Part shown: positions 37,905-49,851 of the stretch, one piece after another | Position numbering within the stretch: the first letter of the stretch is position 1 | Layout of the letters: every line of letters starts with the position of its first letter | Assembly: GCF_009914755.1 (NCBI RefSeq) | Contig: NC_060926.1 | DNA: 64,000 bases | Origin: the human T2T-CHM13v2.0 reference genome, Homo sapiens | Reading direction: 5' to 3' (one strand) | Position numbers and translations under genes: made by a program | The notes under the pieces: generated by a model | What the model saw: only the letters and a program-made list of their open reading frames with translations | Databases searched by the model: none | Told to the model about the DNA's origin: nothing

Positions 37905-38311
37905 TGAAATGGCTTGGATATTTGTCCCCGCCCAAATCTCATGTTGAAATGTAAACCTTAGCGTTGGAGGCGGGCCTGGTGGGAGGTGTTTGGGTCACGG
38001 GGGGTGGATCCCTCAGGGCTTGGTGCTGTCCTCGAAATAGTGAGTGAGTTCTCTGAGATCTGGTTGTTTGAAAGTGTGTGGCACCTCCCCGCTCTCTCTC
38101 TTGCTCACACTCTCCCCATGTGATACCTCGGCTCCCCCTTTGCCTTCCACCATGATTGGAAGCTCCCTGAAGCCTCCCCAGAAGCTGACCAGATGTCAGC
38201 ACCTCACTTCCTGTACAGTCTGCAGAACTGGGAGCCAATTAAACCCCTTTTCTGTACAAATTACCCAGCCTTGGGTATTTCTTTATAGTATGGCAAGACT
38301 GGCCGAACACA
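37905..38311 (+). mobile_element. MST solo LTR (MSTB-like)
   Basis: TGAAATGGCTTGGATATTTGTCCCCGCCCAAATCTCATGTTGAAATG...AATTACCCAGCCTTGGGTATTTCTTTATAG. Confidence 0.9.
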
Positions 38312-39635
38312 ATGCGTCTGAGGCCACGCAGCCCCAGCTGGGGTTCCGCGTGTCAAACTCCCATATCTGGCCCTCTCCTGGGTCCCATACTCCCTGCCCC
38401 TGCAAATTGGGAGCTTAGCTTCGTTCCACACACCCAGGAACCCCGGGGTGGCCTCCAAGCACGCTAAGTGCTCGTCCACTGCTCCTACCAGCCAGACCTT
38501 CACCAGCCACCAAATGAGCCAGAAGGAAGCCAGAAGCCAGAGGCTGGGCCAGACAGGGAAGTGCCCATTCCTCGCCATGCCACCCCACAACCCCCACCAC
38601 CAGATGCACAGAACTGATGTGGAAAGCTCTGGGCAGCAGGGACAGGTGCACAGGGGTCCTTGGCTAATGGAAGTCCCAGGGGTCTGGGTGCATCTTGGAA
38701 CTTCTGGCGGGTCCCCAAAGTCCCACCCTGCCCATGGCCCACAGTGCCCCATGCATCAAAGCCCCCAAGCTGCTCTCCTCTGCCAAGAGCCGCCACTGCT
38801 CCCTGAGCCTCCTTGTGAACCTGGCAGAGGGCTTTCTGTGCTGGGTTATCTTCCTAACAAAGAAACTTGATTTTCCTCACTTTACAAGAAAACACACAAC
38901 ACACAAAACCCCAAGCTGCACGGAAGGCACAGGCAGCCATTTCTGCAAGGCCTCTCAAGCTCAGCACCTCTGCTGGATCTCAGGCTGTGGTGTCAAGACC
39001 TTCTCAGTCATTGCAACCCAGCCAGATGCTGATTCCCCCAAGATCAAGACTCACCTAGGACTCCTTCGGACAACTGTAGTTCAGACATCTCCCTTTCTGA
39101 ACTTAAGAGAAATGCTAACCAGAAGCTACACCGACTAATTTGAGTTCAACCCTGCCCATCTGGTAAGAAAGCTGTAGGGCTGGAAATTAATCAAGAATTA
39201 TACCATATATAATATAGCTGATTGTGTATTATATTTCACACATAATGTGAATTCATGTAAGGCAACACATTGAATTATATTGCAGAGCAGCAGTAAATCT
39301 GCTCAGGTGCTTTTAAAAGTATTTTCTTTTCAGTACACTGAACATGCCACGGTGAGGTCAATTCCACTTTATCTATCATGAGCACTGCCACCATGAGCCT
39401 CATGTGGGCTTCTAGAGCAGAGGTTCCCTGTCCTTCACACTGAGGGCTGAGGGCTGAAGCATGTGCCTGGCTGGGGACATACAGGGCGAATAGGGCACTG
39501 GAGTCCCTCTATACCACAGCTTCCTTGCCCTCAGTTGGGTAACTGGGGTGTGGTCCACACTGTTTTCCAGAAGTCCCCATGGGACTGAGCCACCCAAGCT
39601 GAGACAACACACCCTTTATTAGCTTCCTTCCCTTC

Positions 39636-40490
39636 TATTATGGGGTGAACTGTGTCCCACCCCAAAGTGGTACATTGGGGTGCTGTGTCCCCCCCAAAGT
39701 GGTACATTGGAGTATATTAGTGGTACCTCAGAAGATGATCTCATTTGGAAACAGGGTCTTTACAGAGGTAACCGAATGTATTAGTCTGTTCTCATGCTGC
39801 TGATAAAGACATGCCCAAGACTGGGCAATTTACAAAAGAAAGAGGTTTATTGGACTTATAGTTCCACGTGGCTGGGGAAGCCTCCCAATCATGGCGGAAG
39901 GCAAGGAGGAGCAAGTCACATCTTACATGGAAGGCAGCAGGCAAAGAGAGAGCTTGTGCAGGGAAACTCCCCCTTATAAAACCATCAGATCTCACAAGAC
40001 TTATTCACTATCATGAGAACAGCATGGGAAAGACCTGCCCCCATAATTCAATTACCTCCCACTGGGTCCCTCCCACAACACATGGGAATTCAAGATGAGA
40101 TTTGCGTGGGGACACAGCCAAACCATATCACTAAGTGAAGATGAGGCCATAGGGTAGGCCCTGATCCAATATGACCTGTGTCCTTATAAGAGGGAAATTT
40201 GAATCCGGAGACAAACACACAGAGGGAAGGCAGTGTAGGGAGATGTCATGTGGACATGAAAGATGGGAGGGAGGCTTCTATAAGCCAAGGAATGCCTGAG
40301 GGCACCAGAAGCCAGGAGAGGGGACAGAACACAGCCTTCCCCAGAGCCTTCAGAGGACGAGGCCCTGCTGACAGCTCTCTGTCAGGAGGCCCTGCTGACA
40401 GCTCCCCTCCAGGACCATAGGCCAGAACATTCCCCTGTTGGAAGCCATCCAGCTGGCAGCTTTGTCACAGCAGCCTCAGAAGCACACACT
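39636..40490 (+). mobile_element. MLT1B-like LTR split by THE1
   Basis: TGAACTGTGTCCC...ATTTGGAAACAGGGTCTTTACAGAGGTAA | GATGAGGCCATAGGGTAGGCCCTGATCCAATATGAC...CTTTGTCACAGCAGCC. Confidence 0.85.
39777..40130 (-). mobile_element. THE1 solo LTR (THE1A/B-like) nested in MLT1B
   Basis: TGTATTAGTCTGTTCTCATGCTGCTGATAAAGAC...GGGGACACAGCCAAACCATATCA. Confidence 0.93.
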
Positions 40491-42142
40491 CCTTCCCTGC
40501 CTCACTTCACACCAGTGTTTCCACCTGGGGTTGCCTCCCAAACCAAAACCCCCACTAAAATCCTTGTCTCCATGTCTGCTCCCAGGGGAACCCAAACCAA
40601 ACCAGCCCTGAAATCTCATTTCAGCTTCTAAATCAAAACCATGAAAACTCAATGTGGTTCTTTGGAAGACAGAAACCCCCGTAGGACTAGGATTGGTCTT
40701 CCCAGCCATCCAGTAGCTCACAGGTGAGCCAAGCAGGCCCAGTGGGTGCCTACCTGTCTCAAGGCAGGGATGTGGTGAATGGACTTCTTCCAGGGTGAAA
40801 AAGGGAGGGGAGCTAAAAGGGCAAGTCTGGGCATTCCTGCCCCCTGCAGCTGTGGGGAGACAGAACCCACACTGGGGCTTCCAGGAACAAGCAGGCACTG
40901 CCCAGGCCCCTGAACTCCATGCAGAGAGTGGCTGGCCTGGGCTGTCCTGCTCTGCTCCAGGGCCCAGTATGAGAACCCCTGGGCTACAGACCATGCCAGG
41001 TGTCAGAGTTTCTTTTTCCAGAATGGATTGCTAGCTCCTTCCTGCCTGATCAAGGAAACTAATTCCTATAGCCTTCACCCAGTGTTAGCTTGTCTCATAT
41101 CAAAGCTGAAGAAATGACATGGAATTTGCTAGAAAAAGGAGTGACCCACAGGCACAGCCAGATCCTGTTCCCACCTCTGCCGTGACCTCTGACTTTAGGC
41201 TGGCCTCCCCTTCTGTCAGACAGGTGGGCAAGACCAGAAGACATCTAAGGTCCCTGCCAGCTCTTTCAGGCTGCAATCATGGCCCTGAAATACATATGGT
41301 TAAAGAACTCCCTAAACCTTCACTTCCCCCTCTGTATAATGAGCACACATCCCTCACAAGAATGGGGTTTGTGTGGAACCAATGAGCTAAAGTCCAAAAA
41401 GCCTCTAGCCAGGGTGACCAGCACCTAGTCGGTGTTCTAGCTCAGTTGGTTCCCCCACCTCCTTTTCCCCTGGGCCCCTTCTCTGCCAGGCCAGTCTCAA
41501 AGGCTGCACTCACAGGTATGAGTGTGAACTTCCAAAGCACCCCTCTTGCCTGGATGTCTGCACCTAATCTGCCCCCTTTGCTCAAAAGATGCCCCCAGAA
41601 GTCTCTGGTGGCTGCAGCAGGAATGAAGTGTTCACTCTTGGTGTCTCCTGGTCTCAGTCTGAGAAGCGGGTGGCCACAGTTGGGGTGGGAGACATGCTGG
41701 GCTCTGAGGCTTTCCACACCAGAAGTAGCTGCTACAGAAGCAACAGGCCCCTGTGGCTTCTTACCACTTGGCAGAAATACTGAAGATGGTTACCAAAGGT
41801 AGTGAGAAAGCCTTGTTCTTCAGGTATATCCCAGGAGAGTCCCACTCATGAGAGTGTGATGACCAGCAATAGGGCAGCATTCTTGTCCCTTCAGCAGCCT
41901 TCACCCACAGAGGAATTATTTTTAGTTTGTCTATCTCAGGATAGCCAATTGGGAGCAATTAGAAATGACCACAGCAGAATCACCACTCTCTGCCTTGGTG
42001 AGTCACAGTCAGGAAGGACTCACACAGAGTTGTCCATGGTAACTCCAAGCCACATGGTACTTAGAGAGATCTGCACCCAACACTGAAGTCACAGCTCCCC
42101 AGGTGTAAAAAGTGATAGTTGTGTCCCAGCTGCTTATCTGCA

Positions 42143-42540
42143 TGTATTGGTCTATGGGGCTGCCATCACAAAATACCACAGACTGGGTGGCTGAAGCAAG
42201 AGGTTTATTTTCTCACAGTTCTGGAGGCTGGAGGTCCAAGATCAAGGTTCTGGCTGATTCCATTTCTAGTGAGGGTGCTCCTCCTGGCTTGCAGGCAGCT
42301 GCCTTCCTGCAGTTCTGGCAGGGCCTTTCCTTGGTGTGCATGCATGGAGGGAGAGGGAGCTTTCTGGTGTCTCTTCTTACAAGAATGTGAATCCTATTGG
42401 ATCAGGGCCCCACCCTATGGCTTCATCTAAGCTCAGTTCCTCCCTTACGGGTCTCATCTCCAAACACAACCACACTGAGTGTTAGGGTTCAACATAGGGA
42501 TTAAGGGGTACAAGGAGAGATGCACATTCAGTCCACAACA
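42143..42540 (-). mobile_element. MLT1A-like solo LTR
   Basis: GGCTGCCATCACAAAATACCACAGACTGGGTGGCT...CACATTCAGTCCACAACA; flanks CTGCA/CAGCA. Confidence 0.88.
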
Positions 42541-42842
42541 CAGCAATGTGGTTTGTGTCACTGTCAACATTACAAAGCCAAGAGGCAAAGACACTGCCGG
42601 CCAGAGTATGCATGGTTGAGGTAGGTTTTCTGAAAGTGCCGAGCCTCCACCCTCCCTGCCCTTGCCCTGCTGCTGCTGTGCCCCTGACAATACAGACCCC
42701 ATTCAAGGAGTCCAGCACAGCACCAGGCACTGCAGACACTACTCACATCATCTTCTCAGTGACTCACAACCACACCAGGAGGCAGGCATTGCTGTTCCCA
42801 TTCCCCGTGGTGAAAACCAAGGCACAAATAGAATGGGGGACA

Positions 42843-43138
42843 AGCCGGGCATGGTGGCTCATGCCTGTAATCCCAGCACTCTGGGAGGCCGAGGTGGTCA
42901 GATCACCTGAGGTCAGGAGTTGGAGACCAGCCTGGCCAACATGGTGAAACCCTGTCTCTACTAAAAATACAAAAAATGGCCAGGTGTAGTGGCACATGCC
43001 TGAAATCCCAGCTACTCGGGAGGTTGAGGCAGGAGAATCATTTAACTCCAGAGATGGAAGTTGCATTGAGCCGAGATTGCACCACTGCACTCCAGCCTGG
43101 GCGACAGAGTGAGACTCTGCCTCAGAAAGAAAAAAGAA
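42843..43138 (+). mobile_element. Full-length AluSx-like element
   Basis: GATCACCTGAGGTCAGGAG; TSD AGAATGGGGGACA/AGAATGAGGGACA. Confidence 0.96.
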
Positions 43139-43199
43139 AGAATGAGGGACAAAGCCTGGCTGGTCAGCTGTCGAATCCAGATTTGATGTGAATCTGTCT

Positions 43200-43940
43200 T
43201 GTTTGTGCATTCCAATGTCAGGTGTCAAGTGTGAGATGTGCGAGGGCACAGAGATGAAAAAAGATGGAAAGAGACTCCCGTGTCATGAGAAAGACCCAGT
43301 GGAACCGGGATACCCATAGAGTTTCACGGGAAGTTTGGGAGGAGAGCGTCTGGAAGGGCTTCTTGGAAGAAATGTGCCAGGGCTGAGTCTCACAGCAGGA
43401 GCCACCAGGCAAAGGGAAAGGAAGGAGCTGGAGGTGGGGACAGCATGAAGAGGGGAGCTGGCCTGGCCTGAGCAAGACCCTGAACAGCTTCACGGTCCTG
43501 GGCACGAAGCAGGGGGCCGGGATCCTTCCAGAGGAGGCTGGAGGGGCAGGCAGGGCCCACTGGGGATGCTGAGGTGGAGACAGACATGTCCCAAGAGTGT
43601 GGGAGTAGGGAGGTCCTGAAGGTGGGTACCCTGGAGAGGGACGTGCCACTGCATTTTATAGGGCTCACTGACAGCCACGAAGGCATGGGTTTGAGGAGGA
43701 ACAGCCAGAAGGAGACCACCTAGGTTGCTCCTGCAGGAGGCCAGGAGACAGAGGGTGAGGCGGGACCCATGTGGGGCAGCGGGGAGGGGATGAGAAGCAG
43801 AATTAGGATGGCGCTGAGGGAGGCGGGATAGCTCGGACTCAACATTGCTTGGACATGGTAGCAAGAGAGACCAGGGAACCTAGGATGCCTCCCTCACTGC
43901 TGGCATGGGCCAGGGGAGAAGGGTGAGCCCATCCTCTGAG
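43200..43940 (-). mobile_element. L2 LINE fragment
   Basis: GGAAGGGCTTCTTGGAAGA...GGAGGCTGGAGGGGCAGGCAGGGCC...GGATGCCTCC purine-rich antisense L2 pattern. Confidence 0.55.
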
Positions 43941-43959
43941 CAGGGAAGCCAGGTGCCAG

Positions 43960-44185
43960 CACAGGCAGAGCCAACTTCAAGTCACACAGATCTCATTCAA
44001 ACCCCACTCTGCTGTCTCTTAACTGTCCAACCTTGAGCAAGTATCTTGGCCCCATCTGTAATCTGGAGATGAGGACAGTACCAGCCCCACAGAGCTGCTG
44101 TGAAGATCCCATGAGGAGGTACACGCAAACCACTGGGCACGATGTCTAGCACTCAACAGACACTAAATTGATCACGGCTGTCATT
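43960..44185 (+). mobile_element. MIR SINE
   Basis: ACCTTGAGCAAGT...CCCATCTGTAAA...GCTGTGAAGAT. Confidence 0.7.
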
Positions 44186-45492
44186 TAAATTAGCCACATA
44201 AATGTGTTTCATTCTTGGAAGGTCACGTATTCCTCACAGCGTATGGTGCCCCAGTCTTTCCACTACTGCTGCATTTTGGAGTGTCCTCTAGCTTTCAACC
44301 ATGGATAATGAGACCTGCAGATAAGCCATTTCCAAACTCCCCTAGTAGAGCCAGGCACCCCATCCCCATCCCACAATTCTCACTGCCTGGTCCTCATTTC
44401 TGTGCTCACCTCCTTCCCTTCATGGAGGCTCTCAGGCAGAGCTGTGTGACCTCCCTTTCCCTCTCCATCTGTCTGTGCAGAGCTAGCACGGGAGGGCTTG
44501 GCAAATGTTTATTTACTGAGCAGGAGTTACCAACTTTTCTCCCAGCTGATGATTTAAGTACAAGTTTCAGTATGATTCCTCCAGTAGCCGACCAAAGGCG
44601 GATTTTAAACTAAGAAACACACCTGTATTTAGCACACCAGGGGATTCACCAGTTCCCCTGGGGCTGGTCTTGGCACAGTTTCATCCAGAAAAAAACCACC
44701 AGAGGAACCTTCAGCACATTAAACACCCATAGGCAATATGCACTGTGTGGGGGGTCAGGTGCTCATTGTCTCATTTCTTCCTCTGCCCATGAGGTAGGGT
44801 GTGTGAGCCCCATTTTACAGATGAGCAAACTGTTGGTAGGCAAGTCTACTTTGCTAAAGGTCATGTCGCTGCCGCATGTTTATCTGCATTTGAGACTAGA
44901 AAAGCAATTGATGTCTGTTCTAGGAATTAGGGACACTGGTGCTGAGAACACTTAAAAATAGCCCCGTGCATTTTCCCATTCTTGAAACAGGTTTACTAAT
45001 CAGGAACGCAGCTGAAAAAATCCAGCAAAATGACTCAGTTCCAAGTAAAATGTCATTTCTCCCCCATCACTTTGGGACAACCCCAGCAAAGCCAGCACAG
45101 CATAGAAACAGAAAGAGAGACAGCAGAGAGGCCAAGAGGCAGAGAGGAGAAAAGGGGAAGAGGCCACATGGGTGGCTGCAGGGCCTCTCACAGTGCCCTG
45201 CAGCCTCAGTCAATTCCGGGGGTGCTCACAAGGCTAAAACGCTGGCTGTAAAATCAAGGGCAAGCTGGAGGGCTGGTTTCCTGTCTTCTAAATATACTCC
45301 TGTTCCGATGGTATCTCGTCCCCTGCGTCACGAAGGAGGGCTGCCCTTGACACTGTGAATGTCTCAGGAACACCTCAACCCAAAGGAAGCTGGGGTGTAG
45401 AAAGCTCGAGGTTCCTAATACCTTCAGGAACAGCACACTCAGGTCCTGCTCAGGCACTGGGCATGGCTGCCTCCTGCTCCTCTTTATCCACC

Positions 45493-45642
45493 CTCCTCCC
45501 CCTCCTCCCCCTCCTCCCCCTCCTCCCTTCCTCTTCCCTATCTTCCTCCTCCTCAAGGTCTTCCTCCTTCTCCCCCTCCTCTTCCTCCTGCTCCTCCCTT
45601 TCCCCTCCTCCTCCTCCTCCCCTTCCCCTCCTCCACCTCCCC
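45493..45642. repeat. CT-rich low-complexity (polypyrimidine) tract
   Basis: (CCCCCTCCT)n and (CCT)n units; explains the Gly/Glu/Arg-rich ORFs at 45254-45678. Confidence 0.95.
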
Positions 45643-46999
45643 ACACAGAGCACCTCAAGCCCTCCAGGTGGGCAGTAACTGTCCAGCAGAGCTGCTGTCT
45701 GTGAATGTTATCAGAGGAAACACTTCAGAACTGAGAAGCAAACAGAAACCATTCTACACCTGCTGTCGCTCCACTTCCTCTGGGCCCCAACCTCCAGCCA
45801 GGTGTCCTCATGGGAAGAAAGGGCCCATTCAGGACTGCGGCTAGTGGTTCCCAGTTGAGTTCCTCCAACATGGCAGGAAGAAAGGAAGACACAGTAGGAG
45901 GCAGCAGAGCCTTGTGGTGAAGCCTAGGGCTCAGAGTGGAGCCCACCTACTGCCCATGCTGCATGTCCTGGCTCTGTGACCTTCGGGCAGGCTGTGGTTT
46001 ATCATTACTTGTAATTTGTAACATTGAGTTACAAATACTGTGACTAGTTCAGAGGATTTATGAGGATGAAATGAGTTATCTGCTTAAACCACATAACATA
46101 GTGCATGGCCCTACACTTTGGGAGCTGGCGTGCCTGCCCTGAGCCCCACGCATTCACACTGTGTCATTTTTACAGCTGTGCCACCTGCCTCCTCACCTTC
46201 ACCCTCCACCCCTCACACACCCTTCCAGGGTACCCCGATCCCGCAGGCTGCTTCCCATCTCTCCCTGAAATGCAGCCTGTCCTTTGGAGAGCCTTCCAGG
46301 ACCTTTTCCCACTCTTGTGCACGCTTGACCATCATCAATTTAGTGATCTTTTCCCTAATAGATTTCACGTTCTCTCAGGCCCAGAGCCATGTCTAAGTAA
46401 CAGTGACTAGTGGCTATGTGAATCTATTAATTCTCACACCTAAAATAGAACTCCACACAAAGGAGGTGCTCAATAAATGCTCATTGAGCAATCAACAATA
46501 ACGACCAAGGCTCAGAGAGGTGAAGTAACCTGCTCTGTGTCACAGAGCTTGGAAGTGGCACATCTGGAATTCCAAGGCCAGTCACACCAAGGCAGGTCCA
46601 AGTCCTACTGCCCCTCAGCATCCTCCTCCCGTAGACGGTGATGTACCTGGGGGAGCAGAAGCAGTAGTTCCCAAGTCTACAGTGGAGCAAGAGGCTCAGA
46701 AATGGAGATCTCGGAGCTGCCCGCGTACAGCCTGGAGTAAAGGACACGCCATGCTGCCATTAAGCACCATTTCAGCCCCTCGTTGCCTGCACAGGTCCAA
46801 CACGGAGCAGCTTGGCTGGGAGGCAGAACGGCAAGTAAAGTCTCCCTCCAAACAAGCCACCCCGCAAAAGGCTTGAAGGAGCACCCGTATTCAGAGACCA
46901 CCCACTTTAATACAGATAATACTCTAGTAGCTTATATTTATTGATTTCCACACCTGCTAGGGACTGTTCCCAGCATGTGTGATTAAGAGTATCTATAAT

Positions 47000-47281
47000 C
47001 GCAAGGCGCGGTAGCTCAGTCCTATAATCCTAGCACTTGGGAGGCCGAGGCAGGTGGATCACTTGAGCTCAGGAGTTCGAGACCAGCCTGGGCAACAGGG
47101 TGAAACCCCATCTCTACAAAAATACAAAAATTAGCTGTGTGTGGTGGCACATGCCTGTAATCCCAGCTATTTGGGGGAGCTGAGGCAGGAGGATCACCTG
47201 AACCTGGAAAGTGGAGGTTGCAGTGAGCTGAGATCATGCCCCAGTACTCCAGCCTGGGTGACAGAGCAAGACTCGGTCTAA

Positions 47282-47316
<35 letters not shown>
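47000..47316 (+). mobile_element. AluJb-like element with A11(TA)13 tail, inserted in a MIR
   Basis: CACTTGAGCTCAGGAG, CCTGGGCAAC, GGAGGATCAC; MIR halves at ~46915-46999 and ~47318-47440. Confidence 0.93.
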
Positions 47317-47323
<7 letters not shown>

Positions 47324-48384
47324 TTGATCCTCGTGGCAACCTTACAAGATGGGCACTGTCAGCCGCCATCATCAGCATCTTACAGATGGGGAAACTGAGG
47401 TGGGGGAGAGAAGCAAGTTGCCTAGTGTCCTGAGTATCACACTGCTAGAAATTCCTGCAGCCTGGGTGCAGGCAGTGGGGCTCCAGTATCTGTACTTTTT
47501 ACCAGTTTGCCACTCTGTTTTGATGTGATTTTTTTTTTTAATGTTAAAGGTGAGGTGGGGATAAGTTCCCAAAGGTGCTCATTGAGTCCCACTGTTGTGG
47601 AGTCACTTTCTGTGGAGTCCTCATGACAGGCCCTGGAGGCAGGAGACCCGGAATCACCTACTCCCACAAGCCCATGCCGGCCTGGCTCAGCCATGCTTTT
47701 AGAAAGTACTCCCAGGAGGCTATTGCAACACTCCAGGGGCATCCCCTGACATCCCTGCACCTGCCTGGACATCCTGTCCTCTCCTCCTTTCTTCCAGCAA
47801 CTTCCTGGGTCTCAGGGAGGGGGGTGGGATTCCAGTGGGGTGCGGGAGTGGGAAGCACTCCATCCGGGCCGAGGGAGGAGTCATTTCCCAGCTCCAGTCA
47901 GCACCTGTTTCTCCGCCTCTGGCCCATGGTAGGAAGGGAGCTGCCAGGCATCCCGCCCTTGAGGCCTCTGAGCGAACGAGAGCTGGTTCACAAGCTCGGA
48001 ACCTGGAGGCTCAGAATGCGGCGGCTGCTAGCTGTGTGACAATGGACAGGTCACTGAGGTCCCTGGCAATGGGTGGGAGGTCGTTAGCGCTCCTTGCCAG
48101 GATAGCCTCTAAAGCCCTTCCTCGGGGGACCGGTCAGCACATGCAGCCTCAGCCCTCTCCTGCCTCAGAGTGACATCACTGCCTTCGGGGCAGCCCCCTC
48201 ACCAAGCAGCCTGTGTCCCCTTAGTCTCCGTAATCCTCCAGCCATCAGCCACTCTGCCCTAGCTCTCTCACAAACATTGGGGGGTTTGGCCAACAGGTGT
48301 AGTAGCAGAACACCAACATCAGGGTGCCCACCCCACAGCATCATTATTGCTGAGTGGGAGCATCTCTTTCCAGATGTGCACTTA

Positions 48385-48520
48385 TCAGTGTCTCATTGGT
48401 AGTTCAGAATCGGGATGGGAGAGAATTAACACCACAGACGTGGGAAAATGCTATAACTTGGGGCTTTTTATTTTTGGTGGGGAAGGGTGTCAGTTGTTAA
48501 ACATTTACCAGCATTTCCCT
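48385..48520 (-). mobile_element. Old hAT-Tip100-type DNA transposon end (Arthur1/ORSL-like)
   Basis: GTTGTTAAACATTTACCAGCA...CTG resembles the reverse of the recalled terminus CAGTGGNGTGCTGGTAAATGTTTAACAAC. Confidence 0.45.
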
Positions 48521-49559
48521 GCAGCCCAGGGTAGCAGGCAGAACAGGACCCTAGCTTACACCCGCCATGTCCCTCCCTATCCTCCTCTTCATCCCAGGAG
48601 CCCAGCTAGGGACCGGGGGACTTCCAAATAGACAGTGCCCTTTATGATGGTGGGTGGAGTTCACACGTCATGGGGCCAGAGCACTGGGACACATGCGTCT
48701 GTATCCCAGCCCTACCATTGTCATGGGGTCTCTAAAACATCATCCCCAAAGTCACAAAGCTGCCCGACCTCAGTTTTCTCATCTGCAAAAGGAGGCTTGC
48801 TGGAGATAGCAAACAGAACAGAGCCTGGAAACTATGATGCCAGCCTCATACCAGACACTGCTGTTTGTGCAATAGCCCACTGTTCTAGTGCTTCCCCAAC
48901 CTTTCCACAAGTTTTTCTTCCTCCTAATTCACTTTGATCTCCACGAGCTCTTAGAAAATCACCCAGTGAAGTGTGCCTAAAATTTGGCAAACCCAAGAAC
49001 AAAGAATTGCTTTTCACAGAAGTGCTTATAAGACATGCCCAGCTCAAGACCAAACTGTGAGCTAAAAGAGAAATCACCCCTTCAAGCTTGTCACGTCTCC
49101 TTTCACAACTGTGGCAACTGAGGCTTGTTCTAGGCCGCAAACCAAAGTACCATAGAGCTGAAACAGAAGGAGCTAGTGTCACACGTTGAAACTGGGAGAA
49201 ATGGCTGCTTTCCACAATTTACCCACCCGAAGTGTGATGTGTTTCTGACTCAAACATTTCTTGAAGAATTAATTTTGCACAAATTGACTTTAGCCATCCA
49301 GCACCTGTTGGTGTCACCTCCTCTGCTGGGCTCTCTGGAAAGGCCCATTTGCCCTCTCCTCTGTCAGATGGAAGAGTTAGAAGGCATTTTCAAAGCTTCC
49401 GTGCATCCAGGGGTCTGGATAAAAGTTAGCCTGCACCAAACAGATACCTTTAAAAGGCAGTAGTGAGGTGGGTGCCCTCTTCCTGCAGTACCTGACCGCT
49501 GCTGCCACAGCGTAGGCACAGAGACATAGGGCTTTCCAGCAATGACAGCCCAGGGTCCA

Positions 49560-49851
49560 TCCTCCAGTTCCTGGGTGTCTTGGTCTGGCTTCCTAATCCC
49601 CAGATGGCAGTTTTGAGTGCTCCTTTTCCATCAGAAGCAGACGCAGCAGCAGCTTCTTGCTTTCAGGTCAGCCCTAGGAGCAGCCTCAGAGGTTACAGCT
49701 CTCCCAATGTCCAGTTCTATATTCTTACAGGAATGATTCCAGAAGCCCAGTTTAAAGCCTGTTTCTTTAGGTCTTCCATTCCCTGTATTAAAGCCTTTTC
49801 TGTTTAACACACCTAGAGTGGTTTCTGTTTCCTGCAAAGAGGTCTAATACA
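49560..49851 (+). mobile_element. Ancient ERVL/MaLR LTR 3' part
   Basis: ATTAAAGCC...ACCTAGAGTGGTTTCTGTTTCCTGCA...CTAATACA terminus. Confidence 0.55.

Noticed and set aside
35759-38311. Two same-strand MST LTRs 1.7 kb apart as an intact LTR-internal-LTR provirus
   Set aside because: The interval does not resemble MST internal sequence and contains a MIR; the second LTR sits inside that MIR; the LTRs differ substantially and share no outer TSD
45254-45678. Acidic/Arg-Gly-rich ORFs resembling nucleolar proteins
   Set aside because: Translation artefact of the CT-rich tract
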